From the NCBI GenBank assembly GCA_048939765.1, contig JBHLPF010000016.1:30-64029 (forward strand): a stretch of 64,000 nucleotides of DNA, in the 5' to 3' direction. Made by a program: the position numbers and the translations under genes. Each line of letters begins with the position of its first letter. Position 1 is the stretch's first letter. Below, in pieces: positions 61,310 through 64,000 of the stretch. The notes under the pieces were generated by a model. It was not told the DNA's origin, searched no databases, and saw only the letters and a list, made by a program, of their open reading frames with translations. Source of the DNA: Promethearchaeota archaeon (GTDB lineage: Archaea > Asgardarchaeota > Thorarchaeia > Thorarchaeales > Thorarchaeaceae).

Positions 61310-62899
61310 TCAAATCATGAGTGGATCGAAGGAATCTATTGCGATGAAGACTGCCCGAAAAGCGTAGATTCTGAATGTGTAAGTGACACCTACTTGTCCA
61401 ACTCCCTCGATAGCTGCAATGAGGTCATCTACTGCATTTGGTCCAAAAGCTGATGCAAGCAGCGGTAATGATTCTAATGTCACCGATGGAACCTCATTTC
61501 CCTCTGCAATTACCAAATCCGCCGCAATGCTTTCCAAGGAGTTGTAGACTTGATTGGGTCTTGACTGAACATCAGTTTCATTCCCAACAGCCCCAAGGCG
61601 CATTGACCATGACTGTCCATATTGTGAGATGGTCCTGGAGTAAGAATGAGTGAGGTATTCTCCAACATCCCCATTCATTTCAAAGGAGAAGCGTGATCGA
61701 GAGCAATCAATTTGTACATTATCCCATTGAGATAGAGTAAGCATAGTCTGACCACAGACTTTCATCACCAAGCTATCACCATCTTGAACGTCATCGAGGA
61801 TGAAAGATTCAACGAGGACTCCAGTACTGAGGTCTAGAGAATCCGACTCACTAGCCAGCAAAGCAGCACTGGTTTCAATCGCGTCAGCATCAATAGAATC
61901 GAATGATTGGCGTACTAAACCGGAGAAGCCGATTAGGTCAAGACTGCGAGTTCGCGCCATCAGGGTTTGCCACTCCAAAGCTGACAAAGTCATATCAAAG
62001 TAAATGCAGTACGGCATCTGCGACATATTCAGTGATTCCAGTTCTGAATCAACCAGCTGCAATGAGCTTAGGTGACTCTGATAGACTTCCTGAAGCACGG
62101 ATGTCGTTCCCAAACTGGTAGGGTCCCCTTCGAAATATGACGACCTGGGTGCAGTCATTGTTATTGTAAATTGGACAGATGATTGATTAAGAGCAATCAG
62201 CCAGTTTCTCAGCCGATCCATGGATGCCACGTTTCCCTCCATTATGTGAAGATCCAATGAAACTCCGGCAGAGCTTAGATTCTGAATGAGCGACGAACTA
62301 GGAGCCATATCGATGTAACCAAAGTCGAAATCAGCTAATGGGACTTCAAGGGTTAAATTCAATTCACCTGCAGGTTGAATCAATGCGATGGGTGTTTGCC
62401 CTAGTACGAGTGTCGTCACAGGAAAACTCCAGCCAAGCAGATTGAGGATGATTATTGTGACGCAAGTCTTCCTTCCGATTTGACGAATACTTGTATTAAA
62501 TCGAAAACGACCCATCACGAAAATGATGCATAATGTAGCAGCATTCAAAATGAGGAAAATGATGAAGCCATGAACAAGAAGTGAAAGCACTCCGAAGAAT
62601 CCTGATGCAATAAGCAAGATAATGAAGTTCGCAGGCGCAAATCTGTCCCTATAATATGCTCTTACCATTAATGGTAGAATAATCATGAGTGGGAGTATAT
62701 AGAGTACAATCGGAAGGGAGTCTAGGAGCCCAATTCCCGCTAGAGTCATGCGACCAGTCACAGAGAGCATGGTATACAGAATCAAAGAGATATTGAGTAC
62801 TAGAACTCCGGTCGCATAAAGATGAAGCCATCCATCCAACTTCGCATTCAGTTTGACTTTGGCTCTTAATGCCCGACGTCTGCCGATGAACCCGCTCAT
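61310..62899 (-). CDS. membrane protein with a large extracytoplasmic C-terminal domain, unknown function
   Basis: Start moved to the ATG at 62899 (AAGGAGGA SD 6 nt upstream; MSGFIGRRRALRAK...). The track start at 63106 would overlap the divergent reductase gene. About 5 TM helices followed by a soluble domain. Confidence 0.6.
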   Translation of the reverse strand: MSGFIGRRRALRAKVKLNAKLDGWLHLYATGVLVLNISLILYTMLSVTGRMTLAGIGLLDSLPIVLYILPLMIILPLMVRAYYRDRFAPANFIILLIASGFFGVLSLLVHGFIIFLILNAATLCIIFVMGRFRFNTSIRQIGRKTCVTIIILNLLGWSFPVTTLVLGQTPIALIQPAGELNLTLEVPLADFDFGYIDMAPSSSLIQNLSSAGVSLDLHIMEGNVASMDRLRNWLIALNQSSVQFTITMTAPRSSYFEGDPTSLGTTSVLQEVYQSHLSSLQLVDSELESLNMSQMPYCIYFDMTLSALEWQTLMARTRSLDLIGFSGLVRQSFDSIDADAIETSAALLASESDSLDLSTGVLVESFILDDVQDGDSLVMKVCGQTMLTLSQWDNVQIDCSRSRFSFEMNGDVGEYLTHSYSRTISQYGQSWSMRLGAVGNETDVQSRPNQVYNSLESIAADLVIAEGNEVPSVTLESLPLLASAFGPNAVDDLIAAIEGVGQVGVTYTFRIYAFRAVFIAIDSFDPLMI

Positions 62900-62997
62900 T
62901 GGTCGTCCTCCTTGGATGCGATATGGGGCACATAAACCTTCACGCTGAAGCGCAAGGCAAAATAAGCTGCTGAATCCGGAATATTCAGGTCTCTGAT

Positions 62998-64000
62998 GTG
63001 TATGATGTAACAGTGATAGGAGCAGGCCCTGGTGGATCAACAGCCGCCAGATATCTGGCAAAGCAGGGTTTTGATGTCTGTCTAATTGACAAGGATAGAT
63101 TTCCAAGAGACAAGCCCTGTGGAGGTGGATTTTCGACCCAACTTGTTGAGGAATTTCCCTATCTCAAGAAGAGAGAGGAGGAATTTCTCAAAGGAGTATG
63201 TCATGTCGGTGTGCTACATTCTCCCAACCGGAGGACAGTGATGCGAGCCCGTGTTGATATGGCAGTCGCTCTTAGAACTGATCTTGACAATGCAATGTTT
63301 GAAACTGCGTTAGACGCTGGTACTTCTTCGATTACAGGACAAAGAGTGAAGTCGATTAGCATTTCAAATAACTTTGCCAAAGTTTCGCTTGACAATGGAA
63401 AAGAAATCTCTACAAGGGTGATAGTAGGCGCGGACGGAGTCACCAGTATGGTTGCAAGATCAACTGGATTAAACACTAAGTGGTCATCAAAGGATGTAAC
63501 GGCCTGCAGGGTTGCAGAGGTACCGGTCAATCCTGCTACTATAGAAGAGTTATACACTGCAGATAGGGAATACCACTTCTTCGCGAATTTGGGGGGAGTG
63601 CCGGGATACGGTTGGATTTTTCCCAAATTTGAAACCATAAATGTCGGTCTGGGGATTGTTGCAGATCATGCCAAGGGACTTCTCAGACACTTTCGTTCTT
63701 TCACCAAATTCCTAATGAAAAAGGGATATCTGATTGAAGATGCCGACTTGAGAAATGCGAAAGGCGCTTTGCTTCCTACTGGGGGGACCATCTCAAAGAC
63801 CTATGCGAGGCGATGCGTGCTTGTTGGTGACTCTGCAGGTATGGTGAACCCAATCACAGGAGGGGGCATAGCATATGCAATGAAGGCGGGAAAGCTGGCA
63901 GCGGCTGTGTTGGGGAAGTGTCTTGATGATGACATGCTTGATGAAGCCAGTCTGAGCACCTACCAAAAGATGTGGATGCAACTCTTTGGGAATGAGATAG
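62998..64000 (+). CDS. geranylgeranyl reductase family flavoprotein (3' end outside the window)
   Basis: Manual translation from the GTG at 62998: (M)YDVTVIGAGPGGSTAARYLAKQGFDVCLIDKDRFPRDKPCGGG...VIVGADGVTSMVAR...GYGWIFPK...LVGDSAGMVNPITGGGI. Absent from the track because there is no stop in the window. Confidence 0.85.
   Translation, partial: MYDVTVIGAGPGGSTAARYLAKQGFDVCLIDKDRFPRDKPCGGGFSTQLVEEFPYLKKREEEFLKGVCHVGVLHSPNRRTVMRARVDMAVALRTDLDNAMFETALDAGTSSITGQRVKSISISNNFAKVSLDNGKEISTRVIVGADGVTSMVARSTGLNTKWSSKDVTACRVAEVPVNPATIEELYTADREYHFFANLGGVPGYGWIFPKFETINVGLGIVADHAKGLLRHFRSFTKFLMKKGYLIEDADLRNAKGALLPTGGTISKTYARRCVLVGDSAGMVNPITGGGIAYAMKAGKLAAAVLGKCLDDDMLDEASLSTYQKMWMQLFGNEI

Noticed and set aside
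62900-63106. N-terminal 69 codons of track ORF 61310..63106
   Set aside because: This extension would overlap the divergent geranylgeranyl reductase start. The internal ATG at 62899 has a strong AAGGAGGA SD and begins a sensible basic n-region plus TM segment.
63201-63638. 145-aa minus-strand ORF
   Set aside because: It is antisense to the clearly coding geranylgeranyl reductase frame.
1-64000. Scan for rRNA, tRNA, CRISPR arrays, IS elements, integrases and long terminal or direct repeats
   Set aside because: I found none by eye. All longer similarities are paralogous protein genes (hdr clusters, MFS pair, EamA pair, AOR pair). A tRNA or small ncRNA could still be missed without a covariance-model scan.

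Overview
Archaeal chromosomal segment with about 57 protein genes and high coding density. Ribosome sites are Shine-Dalgarno-type (GGAGG/GAGGTG) and many genes have 1-4 nt start/stop overlaps. I recognised no rRNA, tRNA, CRISPR array, transposase or integrase. Gene content suggests an H2/C1-metabolising, non-methanogenic archaeon, possibly Asgard-like; this is inference only. (i) 1.5-17.8 kb, all minus strand: two tandem paralogous heterodisulfide-reductase operons. Operon 1 is hdrC-hdrB-hdrA'(with a GltD/NfnB-like NAD(P)H module inserted)-hdrA-mvhD-small winged-helix protein-vhuG-vhuA. It ends with a 54-codon VhuU-like ORF, absent from the ORF track, that carries an in-frame TGA (selenocysteine) at a Ni-ligand position. 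Operon 2 is hdrC-hdrB-mvhD-hdrA core-small winged-helix protein-1129-aa hdrA with the same GltD/NfnB-like insert, and has no hydrogenase. (ii) 18-40 kb: aminotransferase, GTP-PEPCK, a long AOR-family enzyme, two EamA transporters, Eis-like GNAT, PRC-barrel protein, MBL hydrolase, glycogen debranching enzyme, large N-glycosylation-sequon-rich surface proteins, and a 100-aa possible gelsolin-like protein. (iii) 40-46.5 kb: an enlarged NurA-like nuclease plus a HerA-like ATPase, bracketed by two paralogous MFS transporters, with no mre11/rad50. (iv) 46.5-64 kb: FrhB-like protein, THEP1-type NTPase, Mtd, a second AOR, GDPD, a partial geranylgeranyl reductase, and two longin/roadblock-like plus winged-helix proteins, one next to a MinD/ParA-type ATPase. 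Two window-edge genes and three small ORFs (including vhuU) are missing from the supplied track, and many track starts (GTG/TTG-extended) were trimmed. All calls come from motif-level reading of translations; no database search or folding program was available.
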